Positions 35,814 through 46,423 of a stretch of DNA of 64,000 nt are shown piece by piece. The position numbers and the translations under genes are program-made. Each line of letters opens with the position of its first letter. Position 1 is the stretch's first letter. The notes under the pieces are model-generated. The model was given only the letters and a program-made list of their open reading frames with translations. It made no database searches and had not been told where the DNA came from. This DNA comes from an uncultured Gammaproteobacteria bacterium (GTDB lineage Bacteria; Pseudomonadota; Gammaproteobacteria; JBBQDK01), in NCBI GenBank assembly GCA_963778665.1, contig CAVZVG010000003.1:192813-256812 (forward strand), read 5' to 3'.

Positions 35814-37061
35814 TTGCACACTATGAATTGCATTAAGAGTAACTGGCGGAAGCGCGCACTGCCTGTTGTGATGGGCGCGGTACTGGCAGCAACACTATCG
35901 ACTTCACAGGCTGCCGGTCCGGCAACGGCAACGGTCAATACGACCGGCCTGGCGGTCACCGACGATACCGTCACTGTCGGCATTCTCCACTCTCTGACCG
36001 GCACCATGGCGATCAGTGAAACCGGTGCCCAGGAGGCCGAGAAACTCGCCATCGCTCAGATCAACGCCATGGGCGGCGTGCTCGGTCGCCAGGTCAAGTT
36101 CATCCAGGAGGACGGTGCCAGCGACTGGCCGACCTTCGCGGAAAAAGCCAAGAAGCTGCTCGAGAACGACCATGTGGCCGCCATCATGGGCTGCTGGACC
36201 TCCGCTTCGCGCAAGGCGGTGCTGCCGGTGCTGGAACGCGACAACGGTCTGCTTTACTACCCGACCTTCTATGAAGGTCTGGAACAGTCCAAGAACGTCA
36301 TCTATACCGGCCAGGAGGCGACGCAACAGGTGTTCGCCGGTCTCGACTGGGTGGCCAAGACCAAGGATGCCAAGACCTTCTACCTGATCGGTTCGGACTA
36401 CATCTGGCCCCGCACCACCATGAAGCTTGCCCGCAAGTACATCGAGACGGTGTTGCACGGCAAGATCGTGGGTGAGGAATACGCCGCTCTGGGCAGCACC
36501 CAGTTCGGTTCGACCATCAACAAGATTCGTCTGAAGAAACCCGACGTGATCTACGCGGCTGTGGTGGGTGGTTCCAACGTGGCATGGTTCAAACAGCTCA
36601 AGGCCGCCGGTATCACCGGCAAGAAGCAGACGCTGCTGACCCTGTCGGTCACCGAGGATGAGGCCCACGGTATCGGTGGTGAAAACCTGCTCGGTTTCTA
36701 CTCCGCCATGAAGTACTTCCAGTCCCTGGATACGCCGGAGAACAAGACGTTCGTGGCCGAGTTCAAGAAGATGTGGGGTGCCGATGCGCCGATCGGCGAC
36801 GTGACCCAGGCCGCCTATGAAGGTCCTTGGTTGTGGAAGGCGGCGGTCGAGAAGGCCGGCAGCTTCGATACCGACAAGGTCGTGAAGGCCGAAGAGAGCG
36901 GCACCATTACTTTCGATGCACCGGAAGGCATGGTCTATCTCGAGCCCAATCATCACTTGAAGACACGGTTGCGGATCGGCGAATGGCGTGCCGACGGTCA
37001 GGCGGATATCGTCTACACCTCCGACTACATCATGCCTAACCCGTTCCCCAAGGGCTATTGA
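35814..37061 (+). CDS. urtA: urea/short-chain-amide ABC transporter substrate-binding protein (UrtA/FmdD-like)
   Basis: TVGILHSLTGTMAISETGAQEAEKLAIAQINAMGGVLGRQV..GCWTSASRKAVLPV..GSDYIWPRTT.. aligns along the whole length of UrtA. Confidence 0.85.
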   Translation: MHTMNCIKSNWRKRALPVVMGAVLAATLSTSQAAGPATATVNTTGLAVTDDTVTVGILHSLTGTMAISETGAQEAEKLAIAQINAMGGVLGRQVKFIQEDGASDWPTFAEKAKKLLENDHVAAIMGCWTSASRKAVLPVLERDNGLLYYPTFYEGLEQSKNVIYTGQEATQQVFAGLDWVAKTKDAKTFYLIGSDYIWPRTTMKLARKYIETVLHGKIVGEEYAALGSTQFGSTINKIRLKKPDVIYAAVVGGSNVAWFKQLKAAGITGKKQTLLTLSVTEDEAHGIGGENLLGFYSAMKYFQSLDTPENKTFVAEFKKMWGADAPIGDVTQAAYEGPWLWKAAVEKAGSFDTDKVVKAEESGTITFDAPEGMVYLEPNHHLKTRLRIGEWRADGQADIVYTSDYIMPNPFPKGY

Positions 37062-37148
37062 TCCCAGTATGACGTCTGCTCCCCGGGGTTGCTGAACCCC
37101 GGGGACAGCCTGGCGATGCTGCACTGTATATAGAACTGGAGAATCCTT

Positions 37149-38072
37149 ATGTTTGGCTATTCGCTATCGGATTTAGGATCGATTGTGGTGATGCAGGGCT
37201 TTTCCGGCCTGAGTCTCTTCAGCGTCTTATTGTTGATGGCGCTCGGACTGGCGATCATCTTCGGCCAGATGGGCGTGATCAATATGGCCCACGGCGAATT
37301 CATGACCATCGGCGCCTACACCATCTACATGATGGGCAAAATGACCGATCAATATTTTCCCGCATTCACTGCCCTACTATTTCTTCTTCGCGATCGCCGT
37401 GGCGTTCGCGATTGCCTTCGTGGTCGGCTATCTCGTCGAGTTTCTGATGATACGCCACCTCTACAAGCGACCTCTGGATCGCTGTTGGCGACCTGGGGAT
37501 TGAGTCTGATCATGCAGCAGGTATTCCGCACCGTCTTCGGCGGTCGCGAAGTCAGCCCGCATCTGCCCGATTGGCTGATGGGTTCGTGGTCGGCATCGCC
37601 CACCATCGACATCCCCATCAACGGCATGGTGGTGATGGTCGTTACCATCGTGGTGACCGGCGCGGTGATCGGGTTCCTGTACAAGTCACGCTGGGGTCTC
37701 AAGGTCCGGGCGACGACCCAGAACCGGGTCATGGCCGGATCCGTCGGCATCAACACCAAAATGGTTGACCGCATGACCTTCGCCGTCGGCTGTGGCATCG
37801 CCGGTATCGCCGGCGCCGCATTCACCACCATCGCTTCCACCGGTCCGACCAGCGGCTCCCAGTACATCGTGGATACCTTCCTGGTGGTGGTGTTCGGCGG
37901 CGCAACCAGCCTGATGGGTGCGGTGGCGTCGGCCTTCTCCATCGCCCAGACGCAGTCGATTCTCACCTTCTTCCTGACCAATGCCATGGGCAAGGTGGTG
38001 ACCCTGCTGATCGTTATCGTGATCCTGATGCTGCGGCCCGAGGGCCTGTTCGCCAGCAAGGTTCGGAAGTAA
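37149..38072 (+). pseudogene. urtB: urea ABC transporter permease UrtB with two frameshifts (~37365 and ~37480)
   Basis: Conserved LPYYFFFAIAVAFAIAFVVGYLVEFLMIRHLYKRPLD is readable only in an alternate frame, between in-frame HGEFMTIGAYTIYMMG.. and ..LLATWGLSLIMQQ.. Confidence 0.7.
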
Positions 38073-38085
38073 TGCAAGTGCAACT

Positions 38086-39331
38086 GTGGGAGAGCCGATG
38101 AATACGTTCTATGAAAGATGGTTGGGTGGTCGGCAGGGTGCCCTCGGGATCGCGATCCTGTCACTGTTTATCTTCGCGGTCATGCCCATGTGGCTGGATA
38201 TCTTCCGTCTCAACCTGGTGGGGAAATATCTCACCTATGCCTTCGCCGCCGTCAGTCTGGTGATGGTGTGGGGTTATGGCGGTGTGCTCAGCCTCGGCCA
38301 GGGTATCTTCTTCGGTCTCGGCGGCTACTGCATGGCGATGTTCCTGAAGCTCGAGGCATCGGACCTGACGAGCACCGCGCACCAGACCACGCCGGGGATT
38401 CCGGACTTCATGGACTGGAACCAGATCACCCATCTGCCGCTGTTCTGGGAACCGTTCCACAGCCTCACCTTCACCATCGTGATGATCTTCGTGGTGCCGT
38501 CGGTATTCGCCTATATCATCGGCGCGGCCATGTTCAAGCGCCGGGTGGGTGGTGTGTACTTCTCCATCATCACCCAGGCGATCGCGTCGATTCTGACCAT
38601 CCTGATCGTGGGTCAACAGGGTTACACGGGCGGCATCAACGGCATCACCGACCTCAAGACCCTGCACGGTTGGAACATCAACACGACATCGGCGAAATAC
38701 ATTCTCTACTTCGTCAACGGTGCGCTGCTGATCGGCGTCATCATGGCGTGCCGCTACGTGTTGTCCTCCAAGCTCGGGCGTCTGCTCCTGGCGATGCGCG
38801 ACAAGGAGGATCGGGTCCGGTTCTCCGGCTACGATGTGTCGAACTTCAAGATCTTCATCTTCTGCCTGGGCGCGATGATCTCCGCCATCGGCGGCGCCAT
38901 GTTCACCCTCCAGGTCGGGTTCATGTCGCCTTCCTTCGTCGGCATCGTGCCCTCCATCGAGATGGTGATCTTCGCCGCGGTCGGCGGGCGCATGTCGCTG
39001 ATCGGGGCGGTGTTCGGCACGCTGCTGGTGAACTACGGCAAAACCGCATTCTCGGAGTCGTTCCCGGCACTGTGGCTGTTCCTGATGGGCGCCCTGTTCA
39101 TCGCCGTGGTGATGTTCTTCCCCAACGGCCTTGCCGGACTCTATGAGCAGTACGGCAGTCGTTTTGCCAAGCTGTTGCCGAAGCGTTTTGCGAAAGCCAA
39201 TACCGGCGCTGTGCCGCCGCCGGAGGACAGTACGCCACCGCAAGCTGGCGGTGGTCCACAAGCTGGCCGAAAAGCCTGTCGCCGATGAACCGGTACCCGA
39301 TGAAGATCTGCGCACCAGGAGGCCTGCATGA
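38086..39331 (+). CDS. urtC: urea ABC transporter permease UrtC; probable frameshift near 39240 at the 3' end
   Basis: Typical UrtC TM core. Alternate-frame ORF 39131-39331 ends in ATGA, overlapping the urtD start (translational coupling), which suggests it is the true C-terminus. Confidence 0.7.
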
Positions 39332-40101
39332 ACGCCGCAAACGCAAGCGAAGTCGCAAGTGAAAAGAAGGAATTCATTCTCACCGTTGAAGACCTGACCG
39401 TATCCTTCGACGGTTTCAAGGCGGTCGACGGACTCAATCTGTACGTGGACAAGAATGAACTGCGGGTGGTGATCGGTCCCAACGGCGCGGGTAAGACCAC
39501 GGTGTTGGACCTGATCTGCGGCAAGACCAAGGCGACCGCCGGCTCGATTCAATTCAAAGGCAAGGAACTGACCAAGCTGGCGGAGCACGAAATCGTGCGC
39601 GCCGGGGTGGGGCGTAAATTCCAGACGCCGTCGATCTATGAGAATCTCACGGTATTCCAGAATCTGGAGATCTCCTTTCCGCGCGGTCGCGGTGTGTTCG
39701 GTTGCCTGACCTTTCGCCGCACGCCGGATGTGGTGGAACGCGTGCAACTGATCGCCGAGGAGATTCAACTCCAGGATCATCTGGAAATGGATGCGGCACT
39801 GCTCAGTCACGGTCAGAAGCAATGGCTGGAGATCGGCATGCTGCTCATGCAGGACCCGGAACTGTTGATGCTCGACGAACCGGTCGCCGGCATGAGCGTC
39901 AAGGAACGCGAGCAGACCGCGGATCTGCTGAATCGCATCTGCAAGGGCAGGTCGGTGATCGTCATCGAGCATGACATGGAATTCGTCAAGCGCATCGCGC
40001 ACAAGGTCACGGTATTGCATCAGGGCAGGATCCTGGCGGAAGGCAGCATGGAACACGTGCAGGCCGACGAGAAGGTCATCGAAGTCTATTTGGGTCACTA
40101 A
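39328..40101 (+). CDS. urtD: urea ABC transporter ATP-binding protein UrtD
   Basis: Walker A GPNGAGKTT, signature and Walker B LLMLDEP; intact. Confidence 0.85.
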   Translation: MNAANASEVASEKKEFILTVEDLTVSFDGFKAVDGLNLYVDKNELRVVIGPNGAGKTTVLDLICGKTKATAGSIQFKGKELTKLAEHEIVRAGVGRKFQTPSIYENLTVFQNLEISFPRGRGVFGCLTFRRTPDVVERVQLIAEEIQLQDHLEMDAALLSHGQKQWLEIGMLLMQDPELLMLDEPVAGMSVKEREQTADLLNRICKGRSVIVIEHDMEFVKRIAHKVTVLHQGRILAEGSMEHVQADEKVIEVYLGH

Positions 40102-40122
40102 CCGCGACGCGGGAGGCACGTT

Positions 40123-40814
40123 ATGTTTCAAGTATCCGGTTTACATGTCAGTTACGGTCAAAGCGAGGTCATACACGGTCTCGACCTGACGGCCAACAAT
40201 AATGAAACCATCGCAGTGATGGGCCGCAACGGTATGGGCAAGACCACGCTGTTCAAGGCATTGATGGGCGTTCTGCCGAGCGGTGCCGGTTCGATCACGA
40301 TCGATGGCAACGATGTCACGAAGAAGGAAAACTACGAGCGCGTCGCGAGCGGCCTGGCCTACGTGCCGCAGGGCCGGATGATTTTCTCCAATTTAACGGT
40401 GCAGCGAAAACATCGAGACCGGCCTGGAGAATTCATCGTCGCGCCAGGTGCCGGACGATATCTACGCATTGTTCCCGGTATTGTTCGAGATGCGTCATCG
40501 CAAGGGCGGCAATCTGTCCGGCGGTCAGCAGCAGCAATTGGCCATTGCCCGAGCCCTGGTCACCGATCCCAAAGTGTTGCTGCTCGACGAGCCGACCGAA
40601 GGTATTCAGCCGTCGATCATCAAGGACATCGCCAAGGTCCTGCAATGAAATACGCAAGATGCGCGACATCACCATCATCGTCTCCGAGCAGGTGCTGAGC
40701 TTCGCACTTGCCATCGCCGACCGTTTGCTGGTGATCGACAAGGGCCGCTTTATCCACGAGGACCTGCGCGCAAATGTCGACACGGCCAAGATCTCCGGCT
40801 ATCTCTCGGTGTGA
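40123..40814 (+). pseudogene. urtE: urea ABC transporter ATP-binding protein UrtE with two frameshifts (~40400 and ~40640)
   Basis: N-terminus GRNGMGKTT is in the ORF 40123 frame. [43 protein letters not shown] is in the ORF 40448 frame. The C-terminus is in the ORF 40545 frame; the second shift is an extra c in ctgCaatg. Confidence 0.7.
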
Positions 40815-40871
40815 ATCCTGTTGATCGGATCGAGTGCCGGATGGGTGTTTTATGCCAAGAGCGACAAAAAT

Positions 40872-40998
40872 AAAAAAAAACCGTCAACCGCCAAGGACGC
40901 CAAGAGCGCCAAGATCTTTCCTCTTGAATTTCAAAACAGATTTTCTTGGCGTCCTTAGCGTCCTTGGCGGTTCAAGTAATTAATCAGGGTTTCCTTAA
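40872..40998. repeat. MITE-like element, family B (copy B2; core 40888-40970)
   Basis: CCGCCAAGGACGCCAAGAGCGCCAAGA ..62 bp.. TCTTGGCGTCCTTAGCGTCCTTGGCGG plus shared flank TTCAAGTAATTAATCAGGGTTTCCTTAA. Lies in the amiE upstream region. Confidence 0.75.
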
Positions 40999-41046
40999 TT
41001 GGAAGACAGCTGACATGAAAACCATTTGCAGACAGAGGAGACGAAC

Positions 41047-42102
41047 ATGAGACACGGTGATATTTCATCCAGCAAAGACTGCGTCGGTGTGGCGGTGGTC
41101 AATTACAAGATGCCCCGCCTGCATACCAAGGCGGAGGTTCTGGACAATGCCCGCAAGATCGCCGATATGATCGTCGGCATGAAGGTCGGCTTGCCGGGCA
41201 TGGATCTGGTGATTTTTCCCGAGTACAGCACGCACGGTATCATGTACGACACGCAGGAGATGTTCGATACCGCGGCGACCATTCCCGGCGAGGAGACGGA
41301 AATCTTCGCGGCGGCCTGCCGCAAGGCGAAAACCTGGGGTGTGTTCTCCTTGACCGGGGAGCGGCATGAGGAGCATCCAAAGAAGGTGCCCTACAACACG
41401 CTGATACTCATGAACGATCAGGGCGAGATCGTGCAGAAATACCGCAAGATCATGCCCTGGTGTCCGATCGAAGGCTGGTATCCCGGCGATACGACTTATG
41501 TTTCCGAAGGTCCGAAAGGACTGAAGATCAGTCTGATCATCTGCGACGACGGCAATTACCCGGAGATCTGGCGTGACTGCACCATGCGCGGCGCCGAGCT
41601 GGTGGTGCGTTGTCAGGGTTATATGTATCCGTCGAAGGATCAGCAGGTGATCGTCGCCAAGGCGATGGCCTGGATGAACAACTGTTATGTCGCCGTGGCC
41701 AATGCCAGCGGCTTCGATGGCGTGTATTCGTATTTCGGCCACTCGGCCATCGTCGGTTTCGACGGCCGGACCCTCGGCGAGTGCGGCGAAGAGGAGTACG
41801 GCATCCAGTATGCCGAGTTGTCGACCTCCATGATCCGTGATTCGCGCCGTAACGGCCAGTCGCAGAACCATCTCTATAAGCTGTTGCACCGCGGCTATAC
41901 CGGCAAGATCAATTCCGGTGAAGACGCGAACGGTGTCGCCGAATGCCCGTTCGAGTTCTATCGCACCTGGATAACCGATCCGAACAAGGCGCGTGAGAAC
42001 GTCGAGGCCATCACGCGCAGCACCGCGGGCGCGCCGGAATGTCCGATCGAGGGCATTCCCAACGGTTCGGTGGTGGAGTTCCGCAAGAGTGGTTCTTCGT
42101 AA
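41047..42102 (+). CDS. amiE: aliphatic amidase AmiE (nitrilase superfamily)
   Basis: [46 protein letters not shown].. matches Pseudomonas aeruginosa AmiE along its full length. Confidence 0.9.
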   Translation: MRHGDISSSKDCVGVAVVNYKMPRLHTKAEVLDNARKIADMIVGMKVGLPGMDLVIFPEYSTHGIMYDTQEMFDTAATIPGEETEIFAAACRKAKTWGVFSLTGERHEEHPKKVPYNTLILMNDQGEIVQKYRKIMPWCPIEGWYPGDTTYVSEGPKGLKISLIICDDGNYPEIWRDCTMRGAELVVRCQGYMYPSKDQQVIVAKAMAWMNNCYVAVANASGFDGVYSYFGHSAIVGFDGRTLGECGEEEYGIQYAELSTSMIRDSRRNGQSQNHLYKLLHRGYTGKINSGEDANGVAECPFEFYRTWITDPNKARENVEAITRSTAGAPECPIEGIPNGSVVEFRKSGSS

Positions 42103-42129
42103 GTATTCAATTCGCCACAGTTGGTAGCA

Positions 42130-42163
42130 GACGCAGCCGTCGATTCACATCGACGGCTGCGTC
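42130..42163. terminator. bidirectional stem-loop between convergent amiE and nemA (15-bp perfect stem, 4-nt loop)
   Basis: GACGCAGCCGTCGAT TCAC ATCGACGGCTGCGTC followed by GTTTCAGG; the U-tract is weak. Confidence 0.5.
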
Positions 42164-42250
42164 GTTTCAGGCTCCGCGCAGTTCATTCGGAATAGAATTG
42201 ATAAACGCTTTTCGATGCGTGGTGATTTCCGGTATCGTCCGCCGCTCATC

Positions 42251-43342
42251 TCAGTCCGGCAGGGCGGGGTAGTCCGTGTATCCCTTGGCCGTGCCGCCGT
42301 AGAAGGTGGCCTGATCCGGCGTATTGAGCGGAGCATTGCGCGCAAAGCGCACCGGCAGATCGGGATTGGCGAGAAATAACTTCGCGAAGGAGATGAGGTC
42401 GGTAGCACCGGCGGCCAGAGTCGCATTGGCACGCGCCAGGTCATATCCGGCATTGCAGATATACGGGCCGTTGAAAAGCCGGCGCAGCGTGCGCAGATCG
42501 AACGCCGGTCCGGCGGCACCCGGATTCTCCAGACCCTGTTCATTGATGTGCAGGTAGGCCAGATCGAATTGATTCAGCGCCGTGGCGGTATGACTGAACA
42601 GCGCCTCGGGATTCGAATCGCGCATGTCGCTGAAGGGATTCAGCGGTGACAGGCGCACGCCGATGCAATTGCGTGTCCACACATCGCAGACCGCCGCGAC
42701 GATCTCCAGTAACAGGCGGGCGCGGTTCTCCATCGCACCGCCGTAGGCATCGTCGCGCTGATTGCTGCCATCACGCAGAAACTGATCGATGAGATAGCCG
42801 TTGGCGGCGTGAATCTCGACGCCGTCGAAACCGGCTTCGAGGGCATTGGCGGCAGCGTTGCGGAATTGCTCGAGGATGTCCGGGATCTCGTCGATAGTCA
42901 GTGCCCGCGGAGTGACGAAGTCCTGCAAACCCTGATCGGTGACGGCCTGACCGGCGGGTTTGACGGCGGAGGGCGCCACCGGCAGCGCGCCATCCGGTTG
43001 CAGCGACGGGTGCGAGATGCGGCCCACATGCCAGAGTTGCAGAAAGATGCGTCCGCGACGCGCGTGCACGGCATCGGTGATCTGCTGCCAGCCGTGAATC
43101 TGTGCGCGGTTATGAATGCCGGGCGTGGCCGGATAACCCACGCCCTGCGGTGAAACCTGTGAACCTTCTGTGATGATCAGACCGGCGCCGGCGCGCTGCG
43201 CGTAGTATTCGACATTGAGGGCTTGCGGCACATTGCCGGGACCCGCGCGGTTGCGGGTCATGGGTGCCATCACCAGGCGATTGGACAGACTATAAGGCCC
43301 GATCTGCACCGGGGTGAATACAGTCACAGGGGAGTTGCCCAT
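42251..43342 (-). CDS. nemA: NADH:flavin oxidoreductase / N-ethylmaleimide reductase (Old Yellow Enzyme family)
   Basis: FTPVQIGPYSLSNRLVMAPMTRNRA.. and HAANGYLIDQFL are OYE hallmarks. Confidence 0.8.
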   Translation of the reverse strand: MGNSPVTVFTPVQIGPYSLSNRLVMAPMTRNRAGPGNVPQALNVEYYAQRAGAGLIITEGSQVSPQGVGYPATPGIHNRAQIHGWQQITDAVHARRGRIFLQLWHVGRISHPSLQPDGALPVAPSAVKPAGQAVTDQGLQDFVTPRALTIDEIPDILEQFRNAAANALEAGFDGVEIHAANGYLIDQFLRDGSNQRDDAYGGAMENRARLLLEIVAAVCDVWTRNCIGVRLSPLNPFSDMRDSNPEALFSHTATALNQFDLAYLHINEQGLENPGAAGPAFDLRTLRRLFNGPYICNAGYDLARANATLAAGATDLISFAKLFLANPDLPVRFARNAPLNTPDQATFYGGTAKGYTDYPALPD

Positions 43343-43489
43343 GTCGGTGTTCCTTGCCATGAGAGCGAGCCAGTCTACGCCTTCTCATCGCCAATGACCC
43401 GTGTGATTTTCAGCCGGACCGGAGCGCTTGTACCGGTTACGGTTCCACGCGACGGTTCGCCCGGAAAGCCGACGTCGAGTTTCCTTGGA

Positions 43490-43672
43490 GCGCCTGAGAA
43501 AACAAAAGCCATCACCACGGAGGACACGGAGAATTTTTTGTCCAATGCAAAAAAGCGATTACCACGGGGGACACGGGGAACACGAGGTTATCAGCGGTTA
43601 CCCTCGTGTTCCCCGTAGTGAATGCTTTTAATAAACATCTCCGTGTCCTCCGTGGTCAATGCTTTTCAGAAA
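43490..43672. repeat. nested-hairpin repeat, family A (copy A2)
   Basis: ACCACGGAGGACACGGAGAA.., ACCACGGGGGACACGGGGAACACGAGG-loop-CCTCGTGTTCCCCGTAGTG, ..TCTCCGTGTCCTCCGTGGT. The loop GGTTATCAGCGGTTACC is the reverse complement of the A6 loop. Confidence 0.8.
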
Positions 43673-43745
43673 TAATTTTGTGAGACGCTGCTTAAGCTGA
43701 CAGGCACCGGCATCACGTATAATCTTCCGCCGGAACCGGACCGAC

Positions 43746-44699
43746 ATGACAACCGAAAACACCACATTGCAGCAAAGCATCGCCCGTCAACGCGACGAGC
43801 TTGGCGTGCTGTTGCGTGAGCCGTTGCGGCAGCTGGCGCTGCGCTGCAGTCAGGTGTGGGGCGATCGTGCCGGGCTGGAGGCCGTGCTGGGCGAGGCGCT
43901 GAACAGTCTGGCGCATTGCAAGTTCCTCTATGCATTGGACACCGATGCCGTACAGGTCAGCGCCAATGTCAGCCGTGACGGCCTGATCGATGCCGACTAC
44001 GGGCGGGACCGTTCGCAGCGTCCGTATATGCGCGAAGTGGTCCCCGGCGAGGATTTCCTGTTATCGGGAGCGTATATCAGCATGCGGGCGCGACGCCCGT
44101 CGTTGACGGCAATCCAGGTCGTGCGCGATGCGCAGGGTGTCGCGCTCGGCTATGTCGGTGCGGACTATGATCTGCGCGACCTGCCGCTGACCCGGGAGCT
44201 TTATGAAGAACCGCGCCAATGGCGGCAGCTGCGCGGCGATCCGTCGATACGCGGCTCGGTGTTTCACCAGACTCGCGCCGAGAGTCAGATGGACCAGCAT
44301 CTCGACACAGTGCTGGGCGTGGTGGAGGAGTTGATGCGCGATCACGGTCTGTTTCATGTGATCCTGCATTTTTCCAGCAGCCGTGCCGTCATCTGGCAGT
44401 ATGACGATCCTTACCGTTACCGCCTGCTGGATATCGAGGCGCTGATCGATCCCGATATCTGTCTGGCCTATCCGCGCAGGGCCTATCCTGCGGACGCGCT
44501 GGTGGCTGCGGAACATATCCGCGCAGTGCTGGAAAAATTCCGGGAATTGCGCTTCATGGACGAGATGCTCTACCTGCGTTCCGGCACATTGAACATCTTC
44601 AACGGCATGGTCGGTCTGACGTTTTCCTGCGATGGTTCGCACTACATCCCGGTCGACGAGTTTCTCGCCATGGGCAGTGATTTCTGGAGTACGGGTTGA
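43746..44699 (+). CDS. hypothetical protein (317 aa), possibly a sensory/ligand-binding domain protein
   Basis: ORF track entry; no motif recognised. Confidence 0.4.
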   Translation: MTTENTTLQQSIARQRDELGVLLREPLRQLALRCSQVWGDRAGLEAVLGEALNSLAHCKFLYALDTDAVQVSANVSRDGLIDADYGRDRSQRPYMREVVPGEDFLLSGAYISMRARRPSLTAIQVVRDAQGVALGYVGADYDLRDLPLTRELYEEPRQWRQLRGDPSIRGSVFHQTRAESQMDQHLDTVLGVVEELMRDHGLFHVILHFSSSRAVIWQYDDPYRYRLLDIEALIDPDICLAYPRRAYPADALVAAEHIRAVLEKFRELRFMDEMLYLRSGTLNIFNGMVGLTFSCDGSHYIPVDEFLAMGSDFWSTG

Positions 44700-44718
44700 G
44701 GGTGGGGTGCTGAGGCCG

Positions 44719-45987
44719 TCAGGCCAGCTTGATGAGGTGTGCGCCGCAGTTTTTGAGTTGTGCCGTGCCGATCTGGCGCAGCTGTTCCTTGATGTCGATG
44801 TTGTATGAACCGGGCGGCAATACCGCCTTGATGCCGTAGCTCGGTTCCGGATCGTCACCGGCGCAGGCGGCCAGGTCGATGATGCGCGCCGGATTGTAGG
44901 GCGATTTGTTCGCGTCGAGTACCAGCGAGATCTTGGGACGCAGGCGCTGGATGTCGTTCAGGGCGATGGTTACGCCGATCTCGCCGCTGGTCAGTTCCAC
45001 CAGCGTACCGACCGGATAAATCCCGACGCACTGGATGAAGCGCTCCAGCAGCGAGGGATCGAAATCGGTGTGCCGCCAGCTGTACATCTTGGTCAGTGCC
45101 TCGGTCGGCGAAATGCCCTTGTGATAGCAACGGTCGCTGGTGATGGCGTCGTAGACATCGACGATGGAGACCAGCCGGTTCCAGAAGGAAATCTCGGTAC
45201 TGCTCAGGCCGCGCGGGTAGCCGCCGCCGCCGATGCGTTCGTGATGCGAGAAGGCGATGTCGATCACGTCGAAGGGCAATTCGTGGAAGCGCGACAGGAT
45301 GTTCCGGCCGTGTTCCGGATGAGCCTTCATCATGTTCATCTCTTCATCCGTGAGGCGATCGGGTTTATTGAGCACATCCAGCGGGGTCTTGATCTTGCCG
45401 ATGTCGTGCATCAGCGCGCCGACGCCGAGCATGCTGAGTTGATCCTGCGACAGGCCGACATGCCGGCCCAGGGCCAGGGCCAGTACGCAGACGTTGATGG
45501 AATGCTGGGCCGTGTATTCGTCGCGGTTCTTCAGGTGGGTCAGGCAGACATGGGCGTCGGGATTGCGCAGTATGCCGTCCACCAGGCCGTGAACCACCTT
45601 CTTGACGCCGACCAGATCGATGACGCGCCCGTGCGTGATGTCATCGAACACCTCGTCGACACAGTTGCGGCTTGCCACGCGGATCTCGCTGGCCGTGGTG
45701 ATTTCATCCTCGATCGCGGTGCTGACCAGGTAGCGGCTTTGGTACTTGGGCTTTTCGTGCTTGGCTGCGGCGCTGTAACCGCGCACGCTCGGTTTGATGA
45801 CGATGCTCTTCTCGACGTCCACCTGCACATACTCGCAGTACTTGCGGATTCTATCGATGTCTTCGACGCGCTGAATGCGAAACCCCTGGAACACGAACGG
45901 CGTCTCCAGCCACGGTCGATCCAGATCGGAGACGAACATGCCGAGCTTGAGCTGATTGACGTGAACGTGGATCTTGCTGGTGACCAT
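44719..45987 (-). CDS. HD-GYP domain c-di-GMP phosphodiesterase with N-terminal DUF3391
   Basis: LMHDIGKIKTP, HHERIGGGGYPRG (HD-GYP) and N-terminal VHVNQLKLGMFVSDLDRPWLETPF (DUF3391). Confidence 0.8.
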   Translation of the reverse strand: MVTSKIHVHVNQLKLGMFVSDLDRPWLETPFVFQGFRIQRVEDIDRIRKYCEYVQVDVEKSIVIKPSVRGYSAAAKHEKPKYQSRYLVSTAIEDEITTASEIRVASRNCVDEVFDDITHGRVIDLVGVKKVVHGLVDGILRNPDAHVCLTHLKNRDEYTAQHSINVCVLALALGRHVGLSQDQLSMLGVGALMHDIGKIKTPLDVLNKPDRLTDEEMNMMKAHPEHGRNILSRFHELPFDVIDIAFSHHERIGGGGYPRGLSSTEISFWNRLVSIVDVYDAITSDRCYHKGISPTEALTKMYSWRHTDFDPSLLERFIQCVGIYPVGTLVELTSGEIGVTIALNDIQRLRPKISLVLDANKSPYNPARIIDLAACAGDDPEPSYGIKAVLPPGSYNIDIKEQLRQIGTAQLKNCGAHLIKLA

Positions 45988-46423
45988 ATGTTCTTCGTGC
46001 CCGTCTGTTAGGTATTTGCCTGGCATCCGGGGAGGGGACTGCAACGCGAATCCGTTCCCGGGAGGGCAAGGTATTTCAGGGTGTATTCATTCATCGGCCG
46101 AGTCTGTGCAGACTTTAGATACGTTCCGGGGCGGTTGGGAAACAGGCGCTTGGGTAAGGCGCCTGCCGCTCCGGCAAACCGGTTCCGTGCCGGCTTTCGC
46201 ATTGGCCATGCCCGGGTCGCGGCATTATTAGCTGGTACTAATGTTCCGGAGCAGGTATAGTGCCGGCTCCTCCTGACGGAGGATGAAGACGTTTCTGACC
46301 TTCCGCTGTAGATAGTTATCACAGTCATCCCGGTTGGCGACGTACGGCGACTCCCAGCACCGAGTCGCCATGGCTGAACCAGGCGCTGTGATTGCCCCCG
46401 CGTAATTCCGCTGAGTTCAATTC

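Noticed and set aside
38161-40131. 656-aa ORF on - strand
   Set aside because: Antisense to urtC, urtD and urtE, which have unambiguous homology. Low-complexity His/Arg/Asp-rich translation.
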